The notes under the pieces: generated by a model
Told to the model about the DNA's origin: nothing
The model's input: the letters and a program-made list of their open reading frames with translations, nothing else
Database searches by the model: none
Source of the DNA: Candidatus Falkowbacteria bacterium HGW-Falkowbacteria-1
Lineage (GTDB): Bacteria > Patescibacteriota > Patescibacteriia > Patescibacteriales > UBA12465
Assembly (NCBI GenBank): GCA_002840305.1
Contig: PHAI01000001.1
Span: 112,074-176,073, forward strand
DNA: 64,000 bases
Direction: 5' to 3'
In this document: positions 47,745-56,402 of the stretch, one piece after another
Numbering within the stretch: position 1 is the first letter of the stretch
How the letters are laid out: every line of letters begins with the position of its first letter
Position numbers and translations under genes: made by a program

Positions 47745-47866
47745 TTCTTTTGTCACCTCGACCGAATGAGAGGCGAAGCGACGAATGAGTGGAGATGGTT
47801 AAAACATCAAGAAGCAGATCTCTCTATTCGTCATCCGCAGGATGGCTCAGTCGAGATGACAAAAGG
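47745..47866 (+). repeat. Small repeat element family A, complete copy with terminal inverted repeats (MITE-like or structured RNA), immediately upstream of tRNA-Thr
   Basis: The 5' arm ttttgtcacctcgac pairs with the 3' arm gtcgagatgacaaaa at 14 of 15 positions. The inner pair is gacgaatgag/ctattcgtc. Confidence 0.55.
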
Positions 47867-47875
47867 GATAAAATG

Positions 47876-47948
47876 CCGAGATAGCTCAGTTGGTAGAGCA
47901 TTTCCATGGTAAGGAAAAGGTCGCGGGTTCAAGTCCCGCTCTCGGCTC
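47876..47948 (+). tRNA. tRNA-Thr (anticodon GGU)
   Basis: Cloverleaf gccgaga…atGGTaa…ttcaagt…tctcggc. Confidence 0.8.
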
Positions 47949-47986
47949 AGTTTTTTAAAAACTATTGTTGAACTAAAACTTTCAGA

Positions 47987-48547
47987 ATGGCCAAAGAAAA
48001 AAACAGAAGTGGTCTCTCTAAAAAAAATACGAGAGGAAGAAAAAGAAGCAGTAAACATCCTAAAGCAATTTCTGTCCATCACATCCTTCCGCGTAGTAGG
48101 GGTGGTGGTGACGGGCTTGAAAACAAAGCGAAGATTGTAGCATGCGATCATGAAAAGTTTCATAAACTTTTTAAGAACATGACTCCATTTGAGACTTTAG
48201 CCTGGTTGCAAATTTACTTTTGGGGCTTACAGATTGATTACGTAAGCGAGTACTGTTTTAACCGGGATAAATTTCTTTTTAACAATGGTAGATATAATCT
48301 ATCAAAAAGATCCAGAGATAAAAGCCAAAGAGTTACCTTGAGATTTCATAAGGCTCCATTTATTCGTTATGTTTTTCACGAACCAACCGTGATTCCTTAT
48401 CATAGTGAAATATATTACGAACTTTTTGGCAGTATGACACAATATGAAATTCTGGCCTGGCTCGAGGTGTATTTTTGGAAAAAACAAACCCGTTGGATAA
48501 ATGAATATGTATCCAATAAGGATTATTTTTTGTCCAATTTGGATTAA
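47987..48547 (+). CDS. HNH-endonuclease-like protein with an internally duplicated C-terminal domain
   Basis: HHILPRSRGGGDGLENKAKIVACDHEKFH is the HNH core. It is followed by two similar segments (TPFETLAWLQIYFWG… and TQYEILAWLEVYFWK…). Confidence 0.55.
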   Translation: MAKEKNRSGLSKKNTRGRKRSSKHPKAISVHHILPRSRGGGDGLENKAKIVACDHEKFHKLFKNMTPFETLAWLQIYFWGLQIDYVSEYCFNRDKFLFNNGRYNLSKRSRDKSQRVTLRFHKAPFIRYVFHEPTVIPYHSEIYYELFGSMTQYEILAWLEVYFWKKQTRWINEYVSNKDYFLSNLD

Positions 48548-48742
48548 TGTTTTTAAATTGAGTATTTAGTATTAGATAATTCACCGTCAACACAATAGTT
48601 GGCGGTTTTTTTGTTTATTTTTAGTAGATATTGACATTTTTTTAAAAATATGCTATAATACCGAAACAGTAGCGATTAGCGCTACTAAGCACCTTGAAAT
48701 TTGAATAATATTATAAACTAAAATAAATAGGAGGATTAAATC

Positions 48743-49924
48743 ATGAAATTTTCTGATCGATTTGTCGGCAAAGCGCAGTGGAATGCTTTTTTTGCCATTA
48801 CTTTCTTGCTTGTTTCAATTGCATTACCTGTTATTTTCTTGTTGTTTGGGCTCAATTTATTAATTGGCCTGGCTATAGGATTAGCTCTTTTTCTTTTTAT
48901 TTCTATCATCGCCCTGTTTAAAGGATATCGTTTCTTTTTTAACAATTATCCTGATTGCAAGGACATGGAACTTCGAAGATTTTATTCTGTTCCTGAAAAG
49001 CATGCTGCTTTGGTGGAAATAAATGGACTTTATCCAGAAAAACCTCTTCATGCCGGTTATTACTTTGTTTTTCCCTTTTTTGAAATTGTTACTTTCTCCC
49101 AAACTATTTTCTTGGGTGATTTTAACGGAGTAATTTTTGATGGAGGGGAAGAAAATAAGATTGATTTTAGTAATGGGATATCCACTCCGATAGAGGCTAT
49201 GTATGTAGCTCATCTTTATTCGGGACCAGAATTAGGATTTGACTTAACGGTGGTGGGTAAGACCAAGGAAGAAATTGAAGAGATAGAGGATGTTGTGTCC
49301 ATATTAGCTTCAATGTTGGATAAGGAAAAAGACGAAATTAGAGCGATGAAGACAGTAACGCGCGAATTGAAAAGTGTTATCCTTGACAACAGTATTAAAA
49401 GGTATGCAAAAGAGGAAAATGCTGACGATAATATTCGTGAAATGTTAATGTCTCTCTTGCGTTTAACTTTGGGCAGTCAAGATTCTAATAAAGCCCGAAA
49501 AGATAAGATTGGCTTGGATAAGTTGAAGGAAGAGGATCGTTGTGTTTTTAATTCCATAATAAAACACTACGGTGTAGATATTCGTTCGATAAATATTTCT
49601 GACATCAAGTTGGCGCCAGAAGAAATAGAAATCAATCGCGCCAAATACCAATCTGGACTTAATGTTGAAATTGCTGAAGACAAGAAAAAAACAGCCATTA
49701 TTGACGCTGAGGCTAAAGCCAAGGTTATGGAATTAGAAGGAGACGGTTTGAAAAATCAGATAAAGAGTATCGTTGATGCTGGTGCTTCCGCCGAGAAAGT
49801 TTTGGAATATTTAACCAAAATGAAACAGTGGGAGTCCATGAAGCCAAGCGACAAATCATTTATCATTGATAATGGCGGAACGATTGCCGGAATACTCGCG
49901 GCTATTGGTAGTGTAAAACCTTAA
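48743..49924 (+). CDS. SPFH/band-7 (stomatin/prohibitin-like) membrane protein
   Basis: TM helices precede VPEKHAALVEINGLY…HAGYYFVFPFFEIV and a coiled-coil AEAKAK region. Confidence 0.55.
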   Translation: MKFSDRFVGKAQWNAFFAITFLLVSIALPVIFLLFGLNLLIGLAIGLALFLFISIIALFKGYRFFFNNYPDCKDMELRRFYSVPEKHAALVEINGLYPEKPLHAGYYFVFPFFEIVTFSQTIFLGDFNGVIFDGGEENKIDFSNGISTPIEAMYVAHLYSGPELGFDLTVVGKTKEEIEEIEDVVSILASMLDKEKDEIRAMKTVTRELKSVILDNSIKRYAKEENADDNIREMLMSLLRLTLGSQDSNKARKDKIGLDKLKEEDRCVFNSIIKHYGVDIRSINISDIKLAPEEIEINRAKYQSGLNVEIAEDKKKTAIIDAEAKAKVMELEGDGLKNQIKSIVDAGASAEKVLEYLTKMKQWESMKPSDKSFIIDNGGTIAGILAAIGSVKP

Positions 49925-49936
49925 TAATTAGAAAAA

Positions 49937-50683
49937 ATGAGCGGAGGAAAGACAAAGGGAATACCTTTACCGAAAAAGATTGAGCAGGTTCAAGATCAAA
50001 ATCAAGAACCGGCACAAAACGATAAGCCAAAATCCAGCCCGAGAGAGCCAAATAAAACACTAATGTCTATTAGAAATGTTTTTTTAGCTTTTCTGATAGG
50101 AGTTGTTCCATTTGTTCTAGTTTGGATCTTCATGTACTTTTTTAATTTTGATTGCCCTGAAAAGCTCAAGTATTATTTAAGTTATGAGGAATGGCGGTTT
50201 TGGACAAGGCTTCTAATTTCTCTATTGCTAACCGGAATAACATTAAAATTGCTTGATTCCGTAGCAGAAGAAAAAAACAAGTTTGCCGATGGAATTTCAA
50301 AGGCATTATTACTGACGCTTATCGTGTTTATCTTGTGGTTCTATGGTATTTCTAAGCCATCAAGAGAGCCACAACTGGCAAGAGAGGCGAGCGAAGTTAG
50401 CTGCTTCAATCCGAATCCCTTTAAGGATTTGATGCCAAAGTATGTTTTTACTCTTAATAGAGGAGAAAAAAGTCTTTGGATCGATTTTCCGGCGGGATAT
50501 AATCTAAAAAATTGGGGGAATTTAAACTACTACAAAATCATCTATAAAGATGGTAGCGTGGTTACCATAGACGGTAATAGAGTGGTAAAACTCCCAGATT
50601 TAAACGAGAGTACTCAAGTTCGCTTTGAGTCTTTGTCGGACGGACAAACAATATATGTTTATCTGACAAGAATCAAAAGATAA
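49937..50683 (+). CDS. Membrane protein of unknown function
   Basis: Three hydrophobic helices and a C-terminal soluble domain. Confidence 0.4.
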   Translation: MSGGKTKGIPLPKKIEQVQDQNQEPAQNDKPKSSPREPNKTLMSIRNVFLAFLIGVVPFVLVWIFMYFFNFDCPEKLKYYLSYEEWRFWTRLLISLLLTGITLKLLDSVAEEKNKFADGISKALLLTLIVFILWFYGISKPSREPQLAREASEVSCFNPNPFKDLMPKYVFTLNRGEKSLWIDFPAGYNLKNWGNLNYYKIIYKDGSVVTIDGNRVVKLPDLNESTQVRFESLSDGQTIYVYLTRIKR

Positions 50684-50786
50684 AAGATAAACTTAAAGGA
50701 CGAAGAAATTCGTCCTTTTTTATTTGCTTTTTTTTGAAAATATTGTTATCATATTAATAGATTTTAAATTTTTTAAACTTTATAAT

Positions 50787-51158
50787 ATGATTAAAAAAAT
50801 ATTTTCTTATTTTTTGTTGATATCATTTTTCTTTTTGGCCTCTTCTAGTTTGGTTTTTGCACAAGCCGATCAAAATAACCCCCCTGCATCAACGGCGGTT
50901 AGTCTTTCTAATCCTTTAGGCGCAGGAGCTACAGCTCAAAGCGTTATTGGAAATGTTATCAGCCAGGTATTGGGCGTTGTTGGAGCCCTGGCCTTAATCA
51001 TGTTTATTTATGGAGGTCTTACTTGGATGACTGCGATGGGCAATGAACAACAAATAAAAAAAGGTAAAGATATTTTGATGTGGGCTACATTAGGGTTGGT
51101 TATAATTTTCTCGTCATACGCTTTAGTTAAATTTGTTTTACAAGCCATCGGCGCATAA
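50787..51158 (+). CDS. TrbC/VirB2-like pilin-domain protein (signal peptide + two TM helices)
   Basis: The signal peptide MIKKIFSYFLLISFFFLASSSLVFA is followed by GGLTWMTAMGNEQQIKKGKDIL and a second TM. It is paralogous to the N-terminus of 15775..18279. Confidence 0.55.
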   Translation: MIKKIFSYFLLISFFFLASSSLVFAQADQNNPPASTAVSLSNPLGAGATAQSVIGNVISQVLGVVGALALIMFIYGGLTWMTAMGNEQQIKKGKDILMWATLGLVIIFSSYALVKFVLQAIGA

Positions 51159-51236
51159 CTTTAGTTGACATTATTTTTTTTTATTGTAAAATATTGAGGT
51201 TACTTATTTTAGGTTTTTTAAAAATCTTTTTTTATT

Positions 51237-51319
51237 GGGTCGATACCAAAGCGGTCAACTGGGGCAGACTGTAAATCTGCTGGCATTCGCCTTCGTAGGT
51301 TCGAATCCTACTCGGCCCA
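51237..51319 (+). tRNA. tRNA-Tyr (anticodon GUA), long variable arm
   Basis: gggtcga…gcaga-ctGTAaa-tctgc, a long variable arm, and gtagg-ttcgaat-cctac-tcggccc. Confidence 0.7.
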
Positions 51320-51428
51320 CATATGTTAATTCATCCTGACAAAATTGGCAGAAGTTTTATCAAAATATTTTTGGTTTTATTTTTAATTCTGCTAGTCGTT
51401 GGGGCGATATTAATGCTTATTTAAGTTT

Positions 51429-52307
51429 ATGCCAGAATTACCAGAAGTAGAAACAATAAGAAACGGCCTGAGCCGTTTTGTTTTGTTTAAAGAGATAAAA
51501 AAGCTAGTCTTGCTCGATACCAATCTCTTTAAAGGGGCTGAAAATGATTTGTTAAAATTGAGAAAGGATGAATTTTCTCAAATAGATCGTTTAGGCAAGG
51601 CCCTTGTTTTTTCTTTTAAAAAGAGTGAGAAAAAAATGATTATTCATTTGAAGATGACTGGTCAATTAGTTTATTTTTCTGGAAAAAATTTGAAGGAACA
51701 GGCCATGCTGGCTGGTGGCCATAGTGAGAAAGGGCAAAATAATTTAGATATTTCAAAATTTAAACATCTTAGATTGAGAATAGAGTTTTTTGATAATAGC
51801 TTTTTGATTCTAAATGATACTAGACGATTTGCCTATCTCAAGCTACTAAACATCAAAGAATTTGAAGAGGTGAGTGGCAAATTGGGAGTAGAACCACTAT
51901 CAAAAGGCTTTAGCCTTAGTTATTTTTTAAAGATCTTAGAGAAGAGAAAAAAGAATATTAAAGCCTTTTTGCTTGACCAGAGCTTTGTAGTCGGAATGGG
52001 AAATATTTATGCCGATGAAATCTTGTTTGCTTCAAAGCTAAGTCCGTTCAGGAGTGTTGACTCGCTTGATTTAAAGCAGAAAAAAGTTCTCTATAATAAT
52101 ATAAAGAAAATATTGAAATTAGCCATAAAAAAAAGAGGGACCACTTTTAGCGATTATGTTGATGCTGATGGTAAAAGCGGTAATTTTTCGAGCGTGCTAA
52201 AGGTTTATGGTCGTAAAGGCCAAAAATGCAGGAGTTGTAACGGTTTGGTGGGAAAAACAAAGCTTGTTGGGCGCGGGACTCATTATTGCCCTAAATGTCA
52301 GAATTAA
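51429..52307 (+). CDS. mutM: Formamidopyrimidine-DNA glycosylase
   Basis: MPELPEVETIR is the N-terminal Pro. A C-terminal zinc finger (CRSCNG…CPKCQ) is also present. Confidence 0.9.
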   Translation: MPELPEVETIRNGLSRFVLFKEIKKLVLLDTNLFKGAENDLLKLRKDEFSQIDRLGKALVFSFKKSEKKMIIHLKMTGQLVYFSGKNLKEQAMLAGGHSEKGQNNLDISKFKHLRLRIEFFDNSFLILNDTRRFAYLKLLNIKEFEEVSGKLGVEPLSKGFSLSYFLKILEKRKKNIKAFLLDQSFVVGMGNIYADEILFASKLSPFRSVDSLDLKQKKVLYNNIKKILKLAIKKRGTTFSDYVDADGKSGNFSSVLKVYGRKGQKCRSCNGLVGKTKLVGRGTHYCPKCQN

Positions 52308-52316
52308 AATATAAAG

Positions 52317-52385
52317 AGCAGATCTCTCCATTTGCCCTTCTCCGCCAAAAGGCTACGGCGGGCTCAGTCGAGATGACAAAACTAA
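52317..52385 (+). repeat. Partial copy (3' arm) of repeat element family A
   Basis: gcagatctctc…gggctcagtcgagatgacaaaac matches the 3' half of 47745..47866. Confidence 0.5.
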
Positions 52386-52388
52386 TTA

Positions 52389-52416
52389 TTGACTTTTAAT
52401 CTTTGTTTGCTATAAT
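52389..52416 (+). promoter_or_regulatory. Putative sigma70-type promoter for rpmG
   Basis: TTGACT, a 16-nt spacer, then TATAAT. Confidence 0.35.
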
Positions 52417-52506
52417 ATAATAAATTGCTTGGTAGAGCAGTTTATTTATAATTGTAAATGAAGGGATAGTCATCAAATCAGATATTTCGTGACGGCCCAA
52501 AAAAAT

Positions 52507-52665
52507 ATGTCTCAAGATAACATGATAAAATTGGAATGTACAGAGTGCAAGATGGTCACTTATCATTCTCATAAAAATAAAAAAACTTTAAAAGCTGTTC
52601 GTTTGGAACTGAAAAAGTTTTGTAAATTTTGTCGCAAACACACTCCTCATAAAGAAACAAAATAA
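52507..52665 (+). CDS. rpmG: 50S ribosomal protein L33 (absent from the ORF track, under 60 aa)
   Basis: My own translation is [52 protein letters not shown], with a C4 zinc ribbon in an L33-like layout. Confidence 0.75.
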   Translation: MSQDNMIKLECTECKMVTYHSHKNKKTLKAVRLELKKFCKFCRKHTPHKETK

Positions 52666-52683
52666 TTATTTTAAAATAAAAAT

Positions 52684-53718
52684 ATGAAAAGTAACAACTT
52701 GGCTAAACCATTTTTAATTTTTTTATTAATTTTAGCTGTTGTTGCTTGTTATTTTATTTTTAAACCCTTTTTAATAGAAATAATAATCTCGGCCGTTTTG
52801 GTTTCTTTTTCTTATAGACCATTTCTTTGGCTTACTAAATTTTTTAAAGGTAAAAAAATCGCCGCTGCTTTAGTGATGTCTTTACTTTTTCTTTTGATTG
52901 TAATTATTCCTATTAGTAATTTGATAATATTTTCAGGTAAAAAATCTTTAGTAGCTTATTCGGAAACGGCAAAATTTATAAATAACGCTGATGTTAATCT
53001 GAAAAATAGTGTCTTATCAAAATTAGATTTTATAAACTTTGAAGATGCTAATGTCAAAAATTTTATATTAGAAACGACAAAGATTATAAGAGATTGGATA
53101 GGCAAAGGAGCCACTCTTATCGTTAAGGGGACAACTAGCTTTTTGGTTTCTTTGATTATGATCGTTTTAACTATGTTTTTCTTCTATATTGATGGAGAAA
53201 AAATGGTAGAAAAAATAAAACATTGGTCACCGTTACCAAACAAGTACGATGTAGAGATATTTAAAAAATTTAGAGAAGTTAGTTATGCGGCTGTAATTTC
53301 CACTTTCGCCACAGCAGGTGTTCAAGGTGTTGTTGGTGCTATTGGTTTTATGATCGTGGGACTCCCATCTTTTTATGCCGGAATATTAATCGCCTTTTTC
53401 TCTTTGATTCCTTATATTGGATCAATGATAATATATATCCCAGTTGGAATTTATTTAATAGTAGTAGGTGAAATTTTTAAGGGTGTGTTCATATTAGCTT
53501 GGGGATTTATAATCATAGGCAATACCGACAATCTTTTAAGAGCCTATCTTCTAAAGGGAAAATCGAATATCAATCCTATTTTTATAATATTTGCCTTGAT
53601 GGGCGGAATTGCCTTGTTTGGTTTCTGGGGTTTAATTATTGGTCCGTTAATTCTAGCTTTGACCAGTACGATTTTTCATATTTATGAACTAGAGTATGGC
53701 AAACAACTAGAGGAATAA
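52684..53718 (+). CDS. AI-2E family transporter (PerM/YhhT, UPF0118)
   Basis: About 8 TM helices with the characteristic topology and a conserved C-terminal region. Confidence 0.75.
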   Translation: MKSNNLAKPFLIFLLILAVVACYFIFKPFLIEIIISAVLVSFSYRPFLWLTKFFKGKKIAAALVMSLLFLLIVIIPISNLIIFSGKKSLVAYSETAKFINNADVNLKNSVLSKLDFINFEDANVKNFILETTKIIRDWIGKGATLIVKGTTSFLVSLIMIVLTMFFFYIDGEKMVEKIKHWSPLPNKYDVEIFKKFREVSYAAVISTFATAGVQGVVGAIGFMIVGLPSFYAGILIAFFSLIPYIGSMIIYIPVGIYLIVVGEIFKGVFILAWGFIIIGNTDNLLRAYLLKGKSNINPIFIIFALMGGIALFGFWGLIIGPLILALTSTIFHIYELEYGKQLEE

Positions 53719-53744
53719 TGAATTTATAATTGATTTAAATATTT

Positions 53745-54275
53745 ATGTTGGGAGAAAAAACAAAAAAAAATCTAGAAGAAGCTTTTGCGGGCGAATCAAT
53801 GGCTAGAAATAAATATGATTATTTTGCTTCCATTTTTAGAAAAGCCGGTTATGTGCAAATTGCTAATATTTTTGAAGAAACAGCCAGAAATGAAAAAGAA
53901 CATGCCAAATTATGGGCTAAACAATTAGGTTATATTCATGAAAATATTAATGATAATTTAAAAGCGGCTATAGAAGGTGAAAATTATGAGCACACCAGTA
54001 TGTATCCTCGCATGGAGAAGGAGGCTCTGGAGGAAGGTCATGACGACATTGCTAAACTTTTTAAAGAGGTTGCCGAAGTAGAAGAGGCTCACGAAAAACG
54101 TTATAAAAAATTATTAGAAAATGTAGAAAAAGGAGTAGTATTTAAAAGAGAAGAGACTAAAAAATGGAAATGTAATAACTGCGGTTATATTCATGAAGGA
54201 ACTGAGGCACCAGAAGTTTGCCCAGCCTGTAGTCATCCTCAAGCTCATTTTGAAATTTTCATTGAAACATATTAA
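53745..54275 (+). CDS. rbr: Rubrerythrin
   Basis: A ferritin-like diiron domain (E…EKEH…E…EEAH) is followed by a C-terminal rubredoxin (CNNCGY…CPACS). Confidence 0.9.
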   Translation: MLGEKTKKNLEEAFAGESMARNKYDYFASIFRKAGYVQIANIFEETARNEKEHAKLWAKQLGYIHENINDNLKAAIEGENYEHTSMYPRMEKEALEEGHDDIAKLFKEVAEVEEAHEKRYKKLLENVEKGVVFKREETKKWKCNNCGYIHEGTEAPEVCPACSHPQAHFEIFIETY

Positions 54276-54317
54276 TATATAAATCTATTTTATACTACTT
54301 TTTTAGAAAAAGTAGCC

Positions 54318-54510
54318 AAAAATCGCCAGCAGCTTAAAACTTCGGGCCAGCTACTATAAAAGCTAGTAAAATTTAAAACTCGACTAAACTTCGTTTAGTC
54401 TTAAACAGTTAAATTTTACACGCTTTTTACGTAGCTGTCTTGTCCGAAATTTTTTCAATGCTGGCATTTATTTTTTAAAATTGTTTGCAATGTTTGCATT
54501 TTTAATGAAA
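54318..54510 (-). repeat. Conserved intergenic element family B, copy 2 (inverse orientation to copy 1)
   Basis: Its reverse complement aligns to 44896..45050 and includes the identical cgtaaaaagcgtgtaaaatttaa. Confidence 0.5.
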
Positions 54511-54590
54511 AGTATAATAAAAAGTATAATAGCATTGAAAAAAATAAATTTTTTGTATATAATAAAGCACATACAATATTAATGAATTTT

Positions 54591-54661
54591 GCGGGCGTAG
54601 TATAATGGTAGTATAAGGGTCTCCAAAACCTTTGGCGTGGGTTCGATTCCTACCGCCCGTG
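54591..54661 (+). tRNA. tRNA-Trp (anticodon CCA)
   Basis: gcgggcg…agggt-ctCCAaa-acctt…gtggg-ttcgatt-cctac-cgcccgt. Confidence 0.75.
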
Positions 54662-54671
54662 CAGGTATTAG

Positions 54672-54700
54672 TAAAAAAGAGCGGACGCTCTTTTTTGTTT
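54672..54700 (+). terminator. Terminator-like hairpin plus T-run after tRNA-Trp
   Basis: aaaaaagagcggacgctc followed by ttttttgttt. Confidence 0.4.
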
Positions 54701-54748
54701 GACTTTTGATTCGCCAGATTATAGAATTAAGATATAAATTTTTATATT

Positions 54749-55294
54749 ATGGACCCAATTAAAATTATTCAAAAATTTTATAAAACTGATTCACTGGCGT
54801 ATAGCTTTTTAGTTCCTCATAGCCAGTCAGTCGCTAAAAAAGCCATAGAAATAGCTATTCGAGTACCTCATCTTAGTCCTGATTTAAAGTTTATTGAAGA
54901 GGCTTCTATGTTGCACGATATCGGTATTTTTTTAGTCAGTTATCAGAAAATTGGTTGTTTTGGCGATGAGCCATATATTTGTCATGGTTATTTAGGCAGA
55001 GAACTCGTAGAAAAAGAGGGTTATCCTAAACATGCGCTAGTGTGCGAAAGACATATAGGCTTGGGTATTTCCATGAAAGATATTAAAATGCAAAAACTAC
55101 CGTTGCCATGCAGAGAAATGATGCCAATTTCAATTGAAGAGAAAATTATTTGTCTGGCTGACAAATTTTTTTCCAAAAATAAAGAATTTTTAACTAAGGA
55201 AAAAAGCATTGATCAAATCAGAAAGGATCATTTGGGGTTTGGAGAAGATAAAATACAAAGGCTAGATGAATGGTTGAGTGAATTTAAAATTTAA
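54749..55294 (+). CDS. HD-domain phosphohydrolase
   Basis: The LHDIG motif is present and the size matches YqeK-like HD proteins. Confidence 0.6.
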   Translation: MDPIKIIQKFYKTDSLAYSFLVPHSQSVAKKAIEIAIRVPHLSPDLKFIEEASMLHDIGIFLVSYQKIGCFGDEPYICHGYLGRELVEKEGYPKHALVCERHIGLGISMKDIKMQKLPLPCREMMPISIEEKIICLADKFFSKNKEFLTKEKSIDQIRKDHLGFGEDKIQRLDEWLSEFKI

Positions 55295-55411
55295 TTTATT
55301 TTTTTGACATAAATTCGCCCCTTATATTATAACGTGTCATTTTGAGTTGTTCTTATTGGGCGGTGTGATTGACAGAAGCATGTTGCGAATGATATACTTT
55401 TTTGTTGTTCA

Positions 55412-55840
55412 TTGAAATTATTGTTTAACCAAAACATGTGGGAAATGAAAAACCTAAAAACAACTGTTTTTTTATCCTGGGCTTGTGACCAGTACTTGAA
55501 GAAAGAAGAATTTCGAGCTGTTTTTATGAAATTTAAATTCGGGGAAGGAAAGGACTCAAAAGAACTTAGTTTTATTGGTCTGAGAGACGACTCTTGGGGG
55601 ATAATCTATGGATGGAGTAAAGCTTGTCCTCCCTCGTGGGACTTTGCTGAAGTTTATTATTGTTGTCACGCTCCTATTGATTCAATCGAATCGGAAGAGT
55701 ATCTTGGCAATATTTTACTCAAAGAAATTGATGAAAAACTTGATTTTTTCCCATCTCCAAATGAACTCGCCACTTCGAAAACTCTAAAGTACGATATTGT
55801 AGCTTTGGGAGAGGGCGCACATGCAATAAAATTATCTTAA
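55412..55840 (+). CDS. Hypothetical protein (ORF-track start is TTG; first ATG at about 55436)
   Basis: There are no recognisable motifs. A terminator hairpin follows (agcggtc…gatcgct + T-run). Confidence 0.35.
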   Translation: MKLLFNQNMWEMKNLKTTVFLSWACDQYLKKEEFRAVFMKFKFGEGKDSKELSFIGLRDDSWGIIYGWSKACPPSWDFAEVYYCCHAPIDSIESEEYLGNILLKEIDEKLDFFPSPNELATSKTLKYDIVALGEGAHAIKLS

Positions 55841-56033
55841 TAAAAACTTTTACTAGCGGTCTAATTTAGATCGCTTTTTTATTTTTTGAATATTTTTAGT
55901 AGATTAGCCCTTATTTTATAGTGTCTTTTATAAAGTTGACTGGCATATAACTAAGTACCTTGCATAACATAGTAATATGTGTTACACTATTTTTATTACC
56001 TGTGGATAAGTATAAAATAATTAAAATTATAAT

Positions 56034-56381
56034 ATGAATATCAAAACACAAAATGACACCGAAAATACTAAGGCTCAGATGCGAAAAGGGTTTTTAGAAT
56101 TCTTAATTCTTTTAATGATATCAAAAGAAAAAATGTATGCATCTGATATTTTAAAAAAACTTAAAATGGCCGACCTGATTGTGGTCGAAGGGACGCTGTA
56201 TCCGCTCCTGATGAGATTAAAAAACTCGGAATTACTGGAGTATGTTTGGGAAGAATCAAAAAGTGGACCACCTCGAAAATATTATACAATAACGAAGGAC
56301 GGCCTGGGAGCGATTAAAGAGTTAAGTAAAACATGGTTTTGTTTGTATAAAGCCATAAACATTTTAATAAAAGATAAATAA
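56034..56381 (+). CDS. PadR-family transcriptional regulator
   Basis: FLEFLILLMIS…YASDILKKL…EGTLYPLLMRLK…PRKYYTIT forms a winged helix-turn-helix. Confidence 0.8.
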   Translation: MNIKTQNDTENTKAQMRKGFLEFLILLMISKEKMYASDILKKLKMADLIVVEGTLYPLLMRLKNSELLEYVWEESKSGPPRKYYTITKDGLGAIKELSKTWFCLYKAINILIKDK

Positions 56382-56402
56382 TTTATAAAATAATTTAATA
56401 GT

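Noticed and set aside
47712-47912. 66-aa + strand ORF (MGERGRKSLG…)
   Set aside because: It spans the family-A inverted-repeat element and runs into tRNA-Thr(GGU), so it is not coding.
44896-54510. Family-B copies as terminal inverted repeats of a composite transposon or invertible segment
   Set aside because: The copies are only ~70-75% identical and the intervening genes are ordinary housekeeping genes (tpiA, fpg, rpmG, rubrerythrin) with no transposase or invertase. An ancient inversion remains possible but cannot be supported from this window alone.
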